64,000 bases of DNA from positions 87,606,001 through 87,670,000 of the forward strand of contig OZ024747.1 in NCBI GenBank assembly GCA_964016885.1. Direction: 5' to 3'. Under the pieces are notes generated by a model, which was not told the DNA's origin, made no database searches, and saw nothing but the letters and a program-made list of their open reading frames with translations. This document shows positions 62,810 to 64,000 of this stretch, in pieces; the first letter of the stretch is position 1, and every line of letters starts with the position of its first letter. Both the position numbers and the translations under genes were made by a program. The stretch is from Eledone cirrhosa (taxonomy: Eukaryota).

Positions 62810-64000
62810 GAGGAGGAGGTGGTGGCAGTGGTGGTGGTGGTGGTGGTGGTGGTGGTGGTGGTGGCAGCAGTGGTGGTGGCGGTGGTGGTGATGGTGGTGG
62901 TGGTGGTGGCAGTGGCGGTGGTGGTGATGGTGGTGGTGGTGGTGGTGGTTGTAGTGGTGGTGGTGGCAGTGGTGGTGATGGTGGTGGCAGTGGTGATGGT
63001 GGTGGTAGCAGTGGTGGTGGTGGTGGTGGCAGTGGTGATGGTGGTGGTGGCAGTGGTGGTGGTGGTGATGGTGGCAGTGGTGATGGCAGTGGTGGTGGTG
63101 GTGGTGGCAGTGGTGATGGTGGTGGTGGTGGCAGTGGTGATGGTGGTGGTGGTGGCAGTGGTGGTATTGTTGATGGTGGTGGTGGTGGTAGTCATGGTGC
63201 TGCTGGTAGTGGTAGTTATGGTGGCGGTGGCAGTGATGGTGGCGGTGGCAGTGATGGTGCAGCTGGTAGTGGTAGTGGTAGTGGTGGTAGTTATGGTGAT
63301 GGTTGTGGTGGACTGGTTGTGTGGCAGTGATGCTGCTGATGGTGGTTGCCTGGTTGTAGAGGTTGTGTTGTGACTAACCAGTGTGGTGGTGGTGGTGGTG
63401 GTGTATGACTAGATGTGCCAGGTAATGTGTATGTGAATGGTAGTGAGGATGGTGTGACAGTCTGTGACTGGCTCTGGTTGTTATGGTGTGTGTAACTAGC
63501 AGTATATAACTAGTTGTCATGGTGATGGTGGGTGGCCAGTTATGGTGGAGGTGGCAATGGTGCTTGACTGATTGTTGTAGTGGCAGTAGAGTATGACTGG
63601 TAATGGTGGTGGTGGTGGTAGGGTGTGTGTGGTGGTGGTGGTAGTGTGTGTGTGGTGGTGGTGGTAGTGTGTGTATGGTGGTGGTAGTGTGTATGGTGGT
63701 GGTAGTGTGTGTATGGTGGTGGTGTGTGTGTGGTGGTAGTGTGTGTATGGTGGTAGTAGTGTGTGTATGGTGGTGGCGGTAGTGTGTGTATGGTGGTGGT
63801 AGTGTGTATGGTGGTGGTAGTGTGTATGGTGGTGGTAGTGTGTGTATGGTGGTGGTGTGTGTGTGGTGGTAGTGTGTGTATGGTGGTAGTAGTGTGTGTA
63901 TGGTGGTGGTGGTGTGTGTATGGTAGTGGTGGTGGTGGTGTGTGTGTGGTAGTGGTGTGTGTGTATGGTGGTGGTAGTGGTGTGTGTGTATGGTGGTGGT
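62810..64000. repeat. (GGT)n/(GT)n low-complexity region
   Basis: seen directly in the sequence. Confidence 0.9.

Noticed and set aside
53870-63373. Long ORFs (235-445 aa) rich in Pro, Thr, Gly, Val, Ser or Met
   Set aside because: Open in several frames on both strands because they are triplet-based satellites; no domain content or splice context.

Overview
AT-rich, repeat-dense eukaryotic genomic DNA; the SINE/MITE families and microsatellite load suggest an octopod cephalopod (inference). One protein-coding gene is clearly present. It is a minus-strand ubiquitin-activating E1 of the UBA6 type, and I traced 17 in-phase GT-AG exons by hand from 23955 down to the window start (about 1408 coding nt). 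Its N-terminal exons were not found in 24-64 kb, which implies a >40 kb intron or an assembly issue. The introns contain an apparently full-length but frameshifted 5.0 kb CR1-group LINE (6917-11952), relics of RTE, R4/Dong, CRE, Ingi/Vingi-like and mariner elements, three tRNA-derived SINE families, a TTAA MITE family, a non-autonomous Helitron, several foldback palindromes and large minisatellite fields. The most striking observations are four. (1) A ~690 bp segment (1888-2575) reappears 13 kb away, inverted and circularly permuted, inside another SINE, with reciprocal exchange of diagnostic bases, as expected if a DNA circle integrated by a single crossover. (2) The resulting inverted repeat brackets 8 exons, a circRNA/ADAR-substrate geometry. 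(3) A hammerhead-ribozyme core lies on the pre-mRNA strand ~25 nt after a 5' splice site. (4) A decayed CTDNEP1-like DLDETLIH fragment lies at ~52.2 kb. All identifications are by eye; no searches were run.
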